This document shows, piece after piece, positions 43,187-53,447 of a stretch of DNA of 64,000 nt (position 1 is its first letter; every line of letters begins with the position of its first letter). Origin of the DNA: Candidatus Parcubacteria bacterium (GTDB lineage Bacteria > Patescibacteriota > Patescibacteriia > Buchananbacterales > SURF-54); assembly GCA_003599635.1 (NCBI GenBank), contig QZIX01000009.1, positions 66,065 through 130,064 of the forward strand, written 5' to 3'. The notes beneath the pieces were generated by a model, which worked only from the letters and a program-made list of their open reading frames with translations, was not told where the DNA came from and did no database searches. The translations under genes and the position numbers were made by a program.

Positions 43187-43480
43187 TTAATGGGTAGGAT
43201 TTCTTGATATCAGCAAAGTCCATTGATTCGTCCACTCCTTTTTTACAGAAGACCAGAAATCTACGTTCTTTGTTTTTCTCCTAAATGGGTATAGTATTGT
43301 TGCTATCAATATTTCAGTGGCAAAAAAGGGCAAAAATGTGATCATTGCGATAATGGAGCAGATATACCTCCAGCCATGAAAACCCGAATATTCTGAAAGA
43401 TAAAGCGAGGTGATAGTGCTGGCTACAATAAAAACAACAGTTAGCAGAAAGAGAAAAAAAACTCTTACCATAATATCCAT
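43187..43480 (-). CDS. Orphan 2-TM protein between dnaK and dnaJ
   Basis: AGGAGG SD; TTGACA-16-TAAAAT promoter. Confidence 0.65.
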   Translation of the reverse strand: MDIMVRVFFLFLLTVVFIVASTITSLYLSEYSGFHGWRYICSIIAMITFLPFFATEILIATILYPFRRKTKNVDFWSSVKKEWTNQWTLLISRNPTH

Positions 43481-43567
43481 AATTCGTAACCTCCTAATTG
43501 TCCAAGAACGATTAATTTGATATGATGTTATTTTATAGAGAATTGTTCGATTGTCAAGAAAAATTTT

Positions 43568-44665
43568 ATGTCAAAAGATTACTACAACATATTAGGTATC
43601 GGCAAAAACGCTTCGCCGGATGAAATAAAAAAAGCCTACAGGAAACTGGCGCATCAGTATCATCCCGACAAGCAGGGGGGCGATGAGCAGAAGTTCAAGG
43701 AAATCAATGAGGCCTATCAGGTTTTGGGCAATCCTGAAAAACGCCAGCAATATGATCAATACGGCCAGACTTTTGAACAGGCCAAGCGCCAGGGCGGTTT
43801 TTCCGGTTTTGAAGGTTTCAGGGATTTTTCAGATTTCGCCTCTGCGTTTCGCGGCAACGGCTCGGCGCAGGATTTTGATTTCGGCGGTTTCGGCGATATT
43901 TTCGGCGATTTGTTCGGGTTTCAGCGCGGCACCGGCGGACGAAAAAGAGGGGGAGATTTGCAGACTTCCATTAACATAACTTTTAAAGAAGCGGTTTTCG
44001 GCGCCGAAAAAATCATTAACATAACCAAGGACAATGTCTGCACCAGGTGCAGCGGCACCGGGGCCGAACCGGGAAGCAAAGTCGTGACCTGCCCGACCTG
44101 CCACGGCCGAGGCAATGTTGTTCGCAGCGTGGCTTTTGGTATCCAGATGTCTTCTGTTTGTCCGACCTGCGGAGGAGCCGGCAAAAAAGCGGAAAAGAAT
44201 TGTTCCAAATGCCGCGGCAGGGGAGTTGTTCGTGAAACGTCCGAACTTAAAATAAAAGTTCCTGCCGGCATAGATGACGGCCAGTCCATAAAATTATCCG
44301 GACAGGGTCAGGCAGGTTCATCGGGCGGACGCGCCGGTGATTTATATGTTGTCGTCAATGTGGCAAAAGACGCTGAATTTGAACGCGAGGGTTTTGATAT
44401 TTTAAGCCGGCGGGAAATTTCCGTTTCACAGGCGGCTTTGGGAGACAAGATTCTTGTTGATACCCTGGATGGCCGGATAAAATTAAAAATTCCCGCCGGG
44501 ACACAATCCGGCAAAGTTTTTGTGTTACGCGGGCTGGGAATACCGCACCTTCACGGCCGCGGCCGGGGAAATCATTTAGTTGAGATAAACGTGAAAACCC
44601 CAACTAATTTATCACGCCGGCAAAAGGAACTCCTTGAAGAACTGCGAAAGGAAGACGGCCGGTAA
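43568..44665 (+). CDS. dnaJ: Chaperone DnaJ
   Basis: HPD J-domain, G/F region and four CxxCxGxG repeats. Confidence 0.99.
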   Translation: MSKDYYNILGIGKNASPDEIKKAYRKLAHQYHPDKQGGDEQKFKEINEAYQVLGNPEKRQQYDQYGQTFEQAKRQGGFSGFEGFRDFSDFASAFRGNGSAQDFDFGGFGDIFGDLFGFQRGTGGRKRGGDLQTSINITFKEAVFGAEKIINITKDNVCTRCSGTGAEPGSKVVTCPTCHGRGNVVRSVAFGIQMSSVCPTCGGAGKKAEKNCSKCRGRGVVRETSELKIKVPAGIDDGQSIKLSGQGQAGSSGGRAGDLYVVVNVAKDAEFEREGFDILSRREISVSQAALGDKILVDTLDGRIKLKIPAGTQSGKVFVLRGLGIPHLHGRGRGNHLVEINVKTPTNLSRRQKELLEELRKEDGR

Positions 44666-44881
44666 TAATTATTACAATCAGTTTTTGAAGATTTAAATAT
44701 TTGATGAGCAGAATTTTGTTAAAATATTAAGATTAAATCCGAAGATTGCAACACAACTCATAGTTATGTATTAAAATTGCTTAAAATTTGGCTAAAAAAA
44801 AGAGGTTTTTGCCTCATTTTTTTAATGGTATAATTATATTTACAGATTCCTTTTAATTGACAGCGGTGTTACTATAATTAT

Positions 44882-45466
44882 ATGGCGACTCCCGAACAAT
44901 TTATTTCAATATTTTCGCAAGAAATTGCTAAACTGGCAACGACGACCGCGCCAAAAGCCGCCCAGACAGCAATTGCCGATTCTTTTTCAAATTGGGACTG
45001 GTCTATTCCCACCTGGGATCTGATTATTTTGGTAATTTTTTTTCTGACCGTATTTTTTTACAGTTTCGCCCTGGGCCGGGACAGAATTTTGGGCATATTA
45101 ATTTCCACCTACATTGCCCTGGCAGTCAGCTATTCAATGCCTTTTACGGATGAATTGCAGAAGGCAATTGATCAAACCGGTTTTCTTGCTTTTAAAATTT
45201 CAGCCTTTGTAATAGTTTTTTTCCTGATGTTTTTTTTGTTATTTAGAAGCCGTCTGATCCAAAGCGTAAGCGTCTTTTCCGGAAATTCATTGCAGATAAT
45301 TTTTTTTAGTTTTCTCCTTGTCGGTCTTTTGACCAGCATAATTTTATCTTTTCTTCCGCAGCAGGCTTTGGACAACCTTACTTTTTTCACTAATTATATT
45401 TTTTTATCCGACATAGCCAGATTTTTATGGATAATTCTGCCCGTTATGGCACTGGCATTTTTTTAA
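44882..45466 (+). CDS. Hypothetical multi-TM membrane protein
   Basis: About 5 hydrophobic segments. Confidence 0.8.
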   Translation: MATPEQFISIFSQEIAKLATTTAPKAAQTAIADSFSNWDWSIPTWDLIILVIFFLTVFFYSFALGRDRILGILISTYIALAVSYSMPFTDELQKAIDQTGFLAFKISAFVIVFFLMFFLLFRSRLIQSVSVFSGNSLQIIFFSFLLVGLLTSIILSFLPQQALDNLTFFTNYIFLSDIARFLWIILPVMALAFF

Positions 45467-45469
45467 TTT

Positions 45470-47050
45470 ATGGCTAAAGATTTGAATATTAAAATTATAC
45501 AATTTTTTGTTTTGGCCGTTGTTTTAATCGGTGTATTCATTACAGTTTACAGTCCGCATTTATACTACGACTATTATTATCCCTTGCACTATGATGAGTG
45601 GCTGAATATAAGCGAAGCTAAAAAGATAAATAATGACGGTTTTTTTGAATCTGTTTTTTACCCTTACTTTAAACAAAAGATAGTCAGGATGAATCTGGTT
45701 TACGGTTTCGATATTTTTCTTGCCGTCTTAGAGTCAATATCCGGAAATCTGATTCCGGTTTATCAGTATCTTCCGGCGGCAACCGCGGTTTTAAACGCAA
45801 TAATTTTGTTTTGGCTGGCAAAAACAATTTCCAAAAGTTTTATCTTTTCGCTTACGGTCGTTATTTTTTTCGCTTTACTGCCAAGCAATATCAATATACT
45901 GGGAAACTGGTTTTTTTTACCGTCGACATTTTCATATTTTTTTGTTTCAGCCATCATTCTGTTTTTCAGCCGTTATTTGGCGGAAGAGGACGGAAAATAC
46001 TTTTTTTTGGCTGTAGTTTTTTTAACCGTTCTGTTCCTGGTTTACCCTCTTAATGCCGTTTTTCTGCTGCCTGTTCTGTACATTGCCTATATTTTGGCGG
46101 GAAAAAAATCACCGGCAAAACAGTTTAAATTATTTTCGTTGTTCGTTATTTCCCTTGTGCCTTTTTTATTATTATTTTTTGCCCTCGCCTTTAAAGTGGG
46201 CCTTCCGCATGAACAGCAGAGCGGGAATTTATTTTTAATTTTTAAAAATGCCATAGTCTACAACAGCCGTTCGCAGGGACTTTTGCTTAATGATTTATAT
46301 TTTATGCCGCCTTTTTTTTATTATGTGCTTATGGTTTTTTCCTCTGTCGCCATAGTGAAAAATTACAAAAACAAGATGTTTTATGTCTTGAATTTATTAT
46401 TTTTCTGGTCATTGGGCAACTTGCTGCTTTTCAAGATGTTTAATTTCACTCTTCTGTCATCCTATCACCGAATATTGTATCTGAGCTTTATAGTTTTTTG
46501 TCTGCTGGCGCCGTTGGGAATAAAAAATACGGTCGAACTGCCTGGCAAAATGAAAAAAAATATTTTTGCCGGAAAAATTTTGAAATTCATGGCTGCCGCG
46601 GCGTTTATATTTTACATTGTATCAAGCATGGGAAAAAATTTTTTTCCCTCCGATAACTTAAAGCCGGTTAAGTTGATTGATGCTAAAAATTCGGCCATGC
46701 TTGAATTTATTAAAGAAAATTATTCCAAAAGAGTGGTGCTTGCGCCTCAGCTTTTGTCCGTCGTCATTTATCCCCTGACCGCGAATTTCGCGGCTTCATT
46801 GGCCAATGTTCCGTTTTTTTCTCTTGAAAAAAGAGGGGATTACTTTTTCTCGGCAGAAAAGAGGATGTTTAATGATATAAACAACTATGATCCTTTTTCC
46901 GCTTTTCTGATGCAAAGCGACGAGTCAAGAAAAAAAATTTTGGAATTGTATGATTTTGATTTGGTCTATTCGCCCGGCAGAATTGATTCGCAGCTTCTGA
47001 ATCCAATATTTGCTCAAGACGGCCAGTTTGTTTACGAAGTAAAAAAATAA
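45470..47050 (+). CDS. Polytopic membrane protein, GT-C-fold glycosyltransferase-like
   Basis: PLHYDEW acidic motif after TM1, >10 TM segments, soluble C-terminal tail. Confidence 0.65.
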   Translation: MAKDLNIKIIQFFVLAVVLIGVFITVYSPHLYYDYYYPLHYDEWLNISEAKKINNDGFFESVFYPYFKQKIVRMNLVYGFDIFLAVLESISGNLIPVYQYLPAATAVLNAIILFWLAKTISKSFIFSLTVVIFFALLPSNINILGNWFFLPSTFSYFFVSAIILFFSRYLAEEDGKYFFLAVVFLTVLFLVYPLNAVFLLPVLYIAYILAGKKSPAKQFKLFSLFVISLVPFLLLFFALAFKVGLPHEQQSGNLFLIFKNAIVYNSRSQGLLLNDLYFMPPFFYYVLMVFSSVAIVKNYKNKMFYVLNLLFFWSLGNLLLFKMFNFTLLSSYHRILYLSFIVFCLLAPLGIKNTVELPGKMKKNIFAGKILKFMAAAAFIFYIVSSMGKNFFPSDNLKPVKLIDAKNSAMLEFIKENYSKRVVLAPQLLSVVIYPLTANFAASLANVPFFSLEKRGDYFFSAEKRMFNDINNYDPFSAFLMQSDESRKKILELYDFDLVYSPGRIDSQLLNPIFAQDGQFVYEVKK

Positions 47051-47053
47051 TTT

Positions 47054-48250
47054 ATGCATTTACTTATAGTAACCCCTTATTTATATCCCCAGGGCAGCGG
47101 AGTCGGAAGGATATCATATTCTTTGGCCAGGGAACTAAGTAAAATCGGCCATCAAATTACTGTTTTTAGCACCGGGAAAAATTCAGACGTTGAAGAAAAC
47201 GGCATCCGCATCATAAAAAAGAAACCTTTTTTTCACTTCAGCAACACTCCTGTACGTCTGCGTTTGTTTTTCGACCTTGTTTTTTTGATTAAAAAAGGCA
47301 GATATGATTTTATTCTGGCTTTCACGCCAGTTCCTTATTATATGGACATGGCGTCATTGGCAGCCAGAATTTTATCCGTGCCGTTTTACGTTTCTTATAA
47401 TACCTATAGCTTTAAAAGAGAGCGGACGCTGCTTGATTTTATTACCTGGCTGTATTCCGCAATCGTTGAAAGATTTTCCTTGGGCTATGCCAGAAAGATT
47501 TTTATAAACAGTAAGAGGTTAAAACAGGCAGATATTCTACCGCAGTATAAAAATAAACTCGCTTACATAACTCCCGGAGTTGATCGCAGTCAGTTTCAGC
47601 CGACAAGCAGCCGTTCCGGTTCAGCCGGTTATATGTTATATGTTGGTCCTTTAAACAAAGGACAACGCTGGAAAGGGATAGATTATTTGATTTCCGCCAT
47701 GGTTAAAATAAAAAAAGAATATCCTGAAATAAAATTAAAAATTGCCGGTGGCGGCAATCTGCGGGCTTATTATCATAAAATTGTCAGGGCAGGCAAATTG
47801 GATGGCAATATAGAATTTGTCGGATTTTTGCAAAATGAAGATCTGGTAAAAATTTATCAGAATTGTCGTTTTCTGGTTTTGCCGTCTTACGGGAAAGCCG
47901 AACTTGTACCGACCGCCATTATTGAAGCTTTTGCCTGCGGTAAAACAGTAGTTTCAACATTTTCCGCCGGTATACCTTTTTTAGTGACAGATGGAACAGA
48001 CGGAAAATTAATTGAGCCAAAAAACATTGACCAATTGGCGAAAGCGATGGCAGAATTATGGATAAATGACAATTATCGCCGGAAACTTGAAGAGGGGGCG
48101 ATAAAAAAAACAAAGGAATTTTCCTGGACTAAAATGGCCGAAGATCTTCTGGCGCAGGTAAAACATAATATAACAACAGCCGAATTAAAACAATGTCAAT
48201 TGAAACAAAATTGCAAAAAATCCGATTTTTGGCAAACGCAAGAATTTTAG
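47054..48250 (+). CDS. Glycosyltransferase family 4
   Basis: PGVD, KGIDYLI and LVLPS...E.......EAFACG. Confidence 0.93.
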   Translation: MHLLIVTPYLYPQGSGVGRISYSLARELSKIGHQITVFSTGKNSDVEENGIRIIKKKPFFHFSNTPVRLRLFFDLVFLIKKGRYDFILAFTPVPYYMDMASLAARILSVPFYVSYNTYSFKRERTLLDFITWLYSAIVERFSLGYARKIFINSKRLKQADILPQYKNKLAYITPGVDRSQFQPTSSRSGSAGYMLYVGPLNKGQRWKGIDYLISAMVKIKKEYPEIKLKIAGGGNLRAYYHKIVRAGKLDGNIEFVGFLQNEDLVKIYQNCRFLVLPSYGKAELVPTAIIEAFACGKTVVSTFSAGIPFLVTDGTDGKLIEPKNIDQLAKAMAELWINDNYRRKLEEGAIKKTKEFSWTKMAEDLLAQVKHNITTAELKQCQLKQNCKKSDFWQTQEF

Positions 48251-49236
48251 AATTCTTTAAGGCGGAGGAAAATAAATTAACCGCCGGATTAAACGCTGAG
48301 ATCAGAAATATAATGTCACAGCTGGAAAGGTTTTGTCTTGGCGGGAAAAAAATAAGAATAGCACTTGCTTATTTTTCCTATCTGGCCTGCGGGGGCAAAT
48401 CCAAAAAAAAGTTTTTCAGAACCGCGGTTTCTTTGGAATTATTTCATAATTTTTTTCTGATTCACGATGATATTATCGATAAAGATAATTACAGGAGAAA
48501 TAAACTGACTTTTCATAAATACTTCGGTGAAAAAAGAGGCGATTTGCACTATGGTCTGTCCCTGGCAATTATTGGTGCGGACCTGTTGAATTTTTTTGCT
48601 TACAAAAACTTAGATAATTCCAGATATCCGGAAAAGGTTAAAAATAATATCAGAAAACTTTTTTCTGTTTTTCTTTCCAGAGTTTGTTTAGGAGAATTTT
48701 TGGATATATATTTTGCTAAGGTTAAAAAGGTTAGCGCTAAAGAGCTGCTTTTCGGATACGACTGCAAGACGGGCGGCTATACTACGACTTTGCCTGTCGT
48801 TTTCGGCGCCCATTTGGCCGGGGCCAGTTACAGACAGATTAAGGAATTAACGGAATTTTCCGGACCTTTGGGGCAGGTTTTTCAGATAAAGGATGATATT
48901 CTGGACGTTTTCGGAAACAAAAGCAAATTCGGCAAGGATCCGGGTTCAGACCTTTTGAACGGAAAAAAAACAATTTTGCTGGATTTTGTAATGAAAAATG
49001 CCGATTGCCGGGAGAAAAAATATCTGAATTCTCTGGCAAATAAACGGAAGTTGTTATTTAAAGATATTTTTAAAATAAGAAAAATAATAAGAAAAAGCGG
49101 CGCCATAACCTATTTTGATAAATACACCGAAAATTTGGTCTTTAAAGCGAAAGCCAAAATCAACAAAAAAAATTTCAACCGTAACGTTTGTGATTTACTG
49201 GCTTTGGCAGATTATTTTTTAATAAGAAGTTCCTGA
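48193..49236 (+). CDS. Short-chain polyprenyl diphosphate synthase
   Basis: GGKKIR, FARM HDDIID..RR, KT and SARM FQIKDDILD; aromatic residues 4-5 positions before the FARM. Confidence 0.92.
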   Translation: MSIETKLQKIRFLANARILEFFKAEENKLTAGLNAEIRNIMSQLERFCLGGKKIRIALAYFSYLACGGKSKKKFFRTAVSLELFHNFFLIHDDIIDKDNYRRNKLTFHKYFGEKRGDLHYGLSLAIIGADLLNFFAYKNLDNSRYPEKVKNNIRKLFSVFLSRVCLGEFLDIYFAKVKKVSAKELLFGYDCKTGGYTTTLPVVFGAHLAGASYRQIKELTEFSGPLGQVFQIKDDILDVFGNKSKFGKDPGSDLLNGKKTILLDFVMKNADCREKKYLNSLANKRKLLFKDIFKIRKIIRKSGAITYFDKYTENLVFKAKAKINKKNFNRNVCDLLALADYFLIRSS

Positions 49237-49237
49237 T

Positions 49238-50071
49238 ATGATAAGCGCAATAATTCCTTGCTTTAATTGTATCCGTTCCCTGGACAAGACAATTGCATCC
49301 CTTATGAAGGCAAATGTTAAGTTAGAAATTTTTATTATTGACGATGGATCCTCTGACGCTTCGGCTGATTTTGCCAGAAAAAAATATCCCGGCATAAAAC
49401 TTCTGATCAACGAAAAAAACAGAGGACGCGCATTTTCGCGCAACAGGGGAATGGCGGCTGCAGGAAATAATGTTATGTTATTTATCGATTCTGATGTCTG
49501 GCCGGGTAATGGTTGCCTGGAACAATTATATGAAAATATATCCGATAATGATATCGTTTATCCGAAACTGGCTTACGAGGATGGAGCCGTTAAACATCCC
49601 AAAGATGACAATAGCAGTTATCCTTATGATGCCGGCTGTTTTATGATAAAAATGCCGGACGGAAAAGACGTTAAATTTGATGAGAATTTTAAATATCTTG
49701 AAGACCAGGATTTTTTCATCAGATGTCATTTAAATAATTTTAAGGCAAAATATGTCAGGTCGGCCGTGGCTTTTCACTCTAACAGACAAACGACAAGCAG
49801 CGGCAGTGAAAAATTTTATCAGGAAATGTGCGATATTGTATATGGTATGAATAAATACCGCGGGAAAAAAATAAAACCGGTCCACAATTTCAGCCGAGTC
49901 AATCTGGTTAAAGGTCTGGTTGCAGCTATTTTCAATTATAACTATTTTTTTTACGGCCCCAGCGCTTCGGTATTAAAAAAAATCAGCCGGCTTTTTTTAA
50001 AACACAAAAAATTTGAAATTAGCAATTTCAAGATGTTGAGGCTGTATTTTAAGGCTTTGAAAAATTTATGA
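49238..50071 (+). CDS. Glycosyltransferase family 2
   Basis: IIPCFN, IDDGSSD, RNRG, FIDSD and ED.DF. Confidence 0.92.
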   Translation: MISAIIPCFNCIRSLDKTIASLMKANVKLEIFIIDDGSSDASADFARKKYPGIKLLINEKNRGRAFSRNRGMAAAGNNVMLFIDSDVWPGNGCLEQLYENISDNDIVYPKLAYEDGAVKHPKDDNSSYPYDAGCFMIKMPDGKDVKFDENFKYLEDQDFFIRCHLNNFKAKYVRSAVAFHSNRQTTSSGSEKFYQEMCDIVYGMNKYRGKKIKPVHNFSRVNLVKGLVAAIFNYNYFFYGPSASVLKKISRLFLKHKKFEISNFKMLRLYFKALKNL

Positions 50072-50841
50072 TAAAAATACTGGATTTTGCAAAATTGATA
50101 CGTTTTAACGAATGGCTGGACAAATTATGGCTGTTAATCATCTCTTTGGTTGTTTTGCTTATGGCCACCGGAAAAAATTTTTATTTTGAAGCTGTGGCTC
50201 AGGCTGCCTATCTTTTTTTTCTTCTGGCTTTCGGATTTTTGCTCAATTCAGTCTTTGAAAAGGATATTGACCTTGCCGTCGGCAAGAACCGGCATCTTGA
50301 TCTTTTTACGCCCGGACAGATAAAATTATTTATCCTTTCATTTTTACTGATCGTTTCGCTTTTGCCTTTGTTTTTTAATAACGGCTTGGCGCAGTTATAT
50401 AATTTAATGATGATAATTCTGGCTGTTTTTTATTCGATGCCGCCCCTTTATTTTAAAAACAAACCGGTTTTAGGCATTTTGGTTCCATCATTTCTGCAGG
50501 GGCCTTCAACACTGCTGTTTTTAAGCGTTAGTGACATAAATACTGTTTATCTGGGTCTTATTGGGGCAATAGTTCTGGCCGTTAACATCTATATGCAATT
50601 GATTCATCAGGTGAGAGACTTTGAAAACGACAAAAAAATGAATCTGAAAACTTTCGCCGTTTTTTTTGGTTCTGAAACGACCTATTTTATGATAAGATTG
50701 TTTATAATCATAGTGGTTTTTTTATTGCTGGCGATTTTTTTCCTGTTTGATGATTTTTTCTTTTCATTATTTGCCGTCCTGATCTACCTGATTTTTCTGA
50801 TCCCGTCTTTGGCCAGTCATTTTCAGCTTAAAAAATTATGA
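50068..50841 (+). CDS. UbiA-superfamily membrane prenyltransferase
   Basis: N..FE..ID...K, YSMPP..K and RDFEND...KT motifs; multi-TM. Confidence 0.82.
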   Translation: MIKILDFAKLIRFNEWLDKLWLLIISLVVLLMATGKNFYFEAVAQAAYLFFLLAFGFLLNSVFEKDIDLAVGKNRHLDLFTPGQIKLFILSFLLIVSLLPLFFNNGLAQLYNLMMIILAVFYSMPPLYFKNKPVLGILVPSFLQGPSTLLFLSVSDINTVYLGLIGAIVLAVNIYMQLIHQVRDFENDKKMNLKTFAVFFGSETTYFMIRLFIIIVVFLLLAIFFLFDDFFFSLFAVLIYLIFLIPSLASHFQLKKL

Positions 50842-51866
50842 TCGTTAATTTTTTAAAAAATTTATTTGGCATAATTCACTATAACAACAAAATAGATTTT
50901 TTTATTTACAAAAAATTGCGTTCATATTTGCCGAAAAATCAATATCCCAGGCCGCCCAAATCTATAGCCATCGACCCTTGTTCGGTCTGCAATTTAAGTT
51001 GCCCTGCCTGCGTCGCCTGCAAATCCACTCCCGGCTTTGTTTCGGCTAAGCTGAGTTTTGACAAATTTAAATTAATGCTTGACAAAATGCCTTTCGCCAG
51101 GAAGTTGTTGTTGTGCAATTGGGGAGAGCCTTTTTTAAATGATGATATTTTTAAAATGATAAGGTATGCCAAGACAAAAAAATTGTATGTTTCTTTATAC
51201 AGCAATCTTAATATTAAAAAGAACGACTGTTTTTATACTGAGCTTGCGTTGTCGGGACTTGATGATCTTTTAATTTCCATTGACGGTATCACCCAGGAAA
51301 ATTATGAAAAATTCAGGGCCGGCGGGAATTTGTCGTTGGTTTTTGAAAATATAAAAAAAATAAATGCCGCCAAGGAAAAAAAATCATCCAGTCTGCCGAA
51401 ACTTTACTGGCATTTAACCATCAACAAATATAATGAAAAAGAAATTACTCAAGCCGCGGCCAAGGCCGAAGAACTGAAAATGCAGTTTATGCCCAACTAC
51501 ATTATTTTGTATCATCGGGTAATACCGATAGATGAATCTGAAATGGCCGAAAAAAACAGCTACTGGCTGCCGGCAAAAAATAAAAATTATTATCATTGGC
51601 AGAAAAACAAACCTTACCGGCTGGATTATCCCTGCCAGAATCTTTTTTTAACAGTTTTTTTTGATCCTGAAGGCAACTGCTTTCCCTGCCGTTATCTTTC
51701 CGATGTCAAAGATTCATTCGGCAATATTTTAAGAGAGGATTTTTTTGACATCTGGTACGGAAAAAAATTTCTTTCTGCCCGAAGTCTGTTTTTGAAGAAT
51801 AAAACATTGCCCGTCAATAAAGCTGCTACTATTTGTGACAGCTGCGTCATGCATAAAAAATATTGA
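50838..51866 (+). CDS. Radical SAM protein with SPASM/twitch domain
   Basis: CNLSCPAC, GEPFL; C-terminal C...G...PC...GNI...CxxC. Confidence 0.92.
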   Translation: MIVNFLKNLFGIIHYNNKIDFFIYKKLRSYLPKNQYPRPPKSIAIDPCSVCNLSCPACVACKSTPGFVSAKLSFDKFKLMLDKMPFARKLLLCNWGEPFLNDDIFKMIRYAKTKKLYVSLYSNLNIKKNDCFYTELALSGLDDLLISIDGITQENYEKFRAGGNLSLVFENIKKINAAKEKKSSSLPKLYWHLTINKYNEKEITQAAAKAEELKMQFMPNYIILYHRVIPIDESEMAEKNSYWLPAKNKNYYHWQKNKPYRLDYPCQNLFLTVFFDPEGNCFPCRYLSDVKDSFGNILREDFFDIWYGKKFLSARSLFLKNKTLPVNKAATICDSCVMHKKY

Positions 51867-51882
51867 ATTAATATATGGCATA

Positions 51883-53166
51883 ATGAATAAAAACAGCAGA
51901 AAATACAGGATTCTTCTGATAAATCCTTATCAGGACATGCGCAGCTGGATTATGTACAAGGAAAGGAATTTACTTTCCCTTTCTTTTACTACCAGAACGA
52001 TAAAAGCGATTACGCCGGATGATTTTGAAGTTAAGCTAATAGATCAATGTGTTGAAGATATTGATTTTGACGCAGATGTGGATTTAGTCGGCGTGACATC
52101 ACTGACACACAACTCTTATCGCGCTTATAAAGTTGCCGAAGAGTTTAAAAAAAGAAACAAGCCCGTGGTTATGGGGGGTTATCATGCGACTTTCCTTCCA
52201 GAGGAGGCGAAAAAATGCGTAGACAGCGTTGTTATTGGTGAAGCGGAAAATGTCTGGCCGGAACTGTTGAATGATTTTAAAAACGGCAAGTTAAAGGCTT
52301 TTTATAAAAGTAACCTGCCTGCGGAATTGCAGGGCCTGCCTATCGCTGCAAAAGAAAAATATTACGGGAGTAAATACGGGAGTTTTAGCATGCCTTATCC
52401 TATGCATGCTTCCAGGGGCTGCACCAACGGCTGTTCTTATTGTTCGATTAACCGCTTTTACAACCGTACAATAAGGTATCGCCCGATCATTGAAATAATT
52501 GATGAGATAAAAAAAACAGGGTATAAATTCATTGCTTTTATGGATGATAATTTAATTCTTGACGCCAAATATGCCAAAGAATTTTTTGCCGCTTTAAAGC
52601 CGTTGAATATAAAATGGACAATGCAAACTTCAATTCTGATTGCCGAGCATGAGGAGCTTTTAAAACTGGCTGCGGAAAGCGGGTGTTTCTGCTTTTACAT
52701 AGGAGTTGAAAGTATCAACCAGCTTAGCCTTGATTCAGTAGACAAAAAAATTAACCGGGCAGAAAAATTCCTCGCCGCTTTTAAAAAAATAAAAGAATAC
52801 GAAATTAGCATTGTACTTTTGATAATCTTCGGCTTTGACGGTGATACTAAAAGCGTTTTTAATCAGACTCTGGATTTTTTAAAGGAAGCCGGAGTTTTAA
52901 ATGCCGAATTCAGCATGCTGGTGCCTTTTCCCGGGACTTTGTTGTATAAAAAATTAAAAAAAGAAAATCGTATATTAAGTTATGACTGGAAAAATTACAA
53001 TCCCGGCTGGCATTGCGTCTTTCAGCCAAAAAATATGGAGCCGCATGAATTAGAAGCGGGTTTTAAAAAAGTTTTGATTAAATATAATACTCCCTTTTGG
53101 GTTTTAAAAAGGTTAATTGCCGGCGGTAAAAAAATTTTTTTAACAATGCCCGGATACTATTTATAA
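51883..53166 (+). CDS. B12-binding radical SAM protein
   Basis: DLVGVT..MGGYHAT..VIGEAE, RGCTNGCSYC, DDN, GVES and PFPGT. Confidence 0.93.
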   Translation: MNKNSRKYRILLINPYQDMRSWIMYKERNLLSLSFTTRTIKAITPDDFEVKLIDQCVEDIDFDADVDLVGVTSLTHNSYRAYKVAEEFKKRNKPVVMGGYHATFLPEEAKKCVDSVVIGEAENVWPELLNDFKNGKLKAFYKSNLPAELQGLPIAAKEKYYGSKYGSFSMPYPMHASRGCTNGCSYCSINRFYNRTIRYRPIIEIIDEIKKTGYKFIAFMDDNLILDAKYAKEFFAALKPLNIKWTMQTSILIAEHEELLKLAAESGCFCFYIGVESINQLSLDSVDKKINRAEKFLAAFKKIKEYEISIVLLIIFGFDGDTKSVFNQTLDFLKEAGVLNAEFSMLVPFPGTLLYKKLKKENRILSYDWKNYNPGWHCVFQPKNMEPHELEAGFKKVLIKYNTPFWVLKRLIAGGKKIFLTMPGYYL

Positions 53167-53447
53167 ATATTCGGTATGTAAATTATTTTACTGTGCCCGT
53201 AATTGTTGTCTGTTATAACATCAGAGAAAAACTTAAGAATGTTTTTAGTAAAATCGTCATTTTCTATCAAAAAATTCAGGAATTCAGGAATAATTAAAAA
53301 AGTTATCCACATCCTAAGCAGATCTCAATTTTTTTCTTTTATATTTGATATAACTGGCAATTTATGTCATACTTAATGTGCAAAATGGTAACTGTGATTG
53401 AATAAAAAAGTCTAAAAACTTTGATGTTTTATAGTGAGCAAGACACA

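Noticed and set aside
53303-53311. DnaA box TTATCCACA as an origin
   Set aside because: Only a single perfect box, with no cluster and no dnaA nearby
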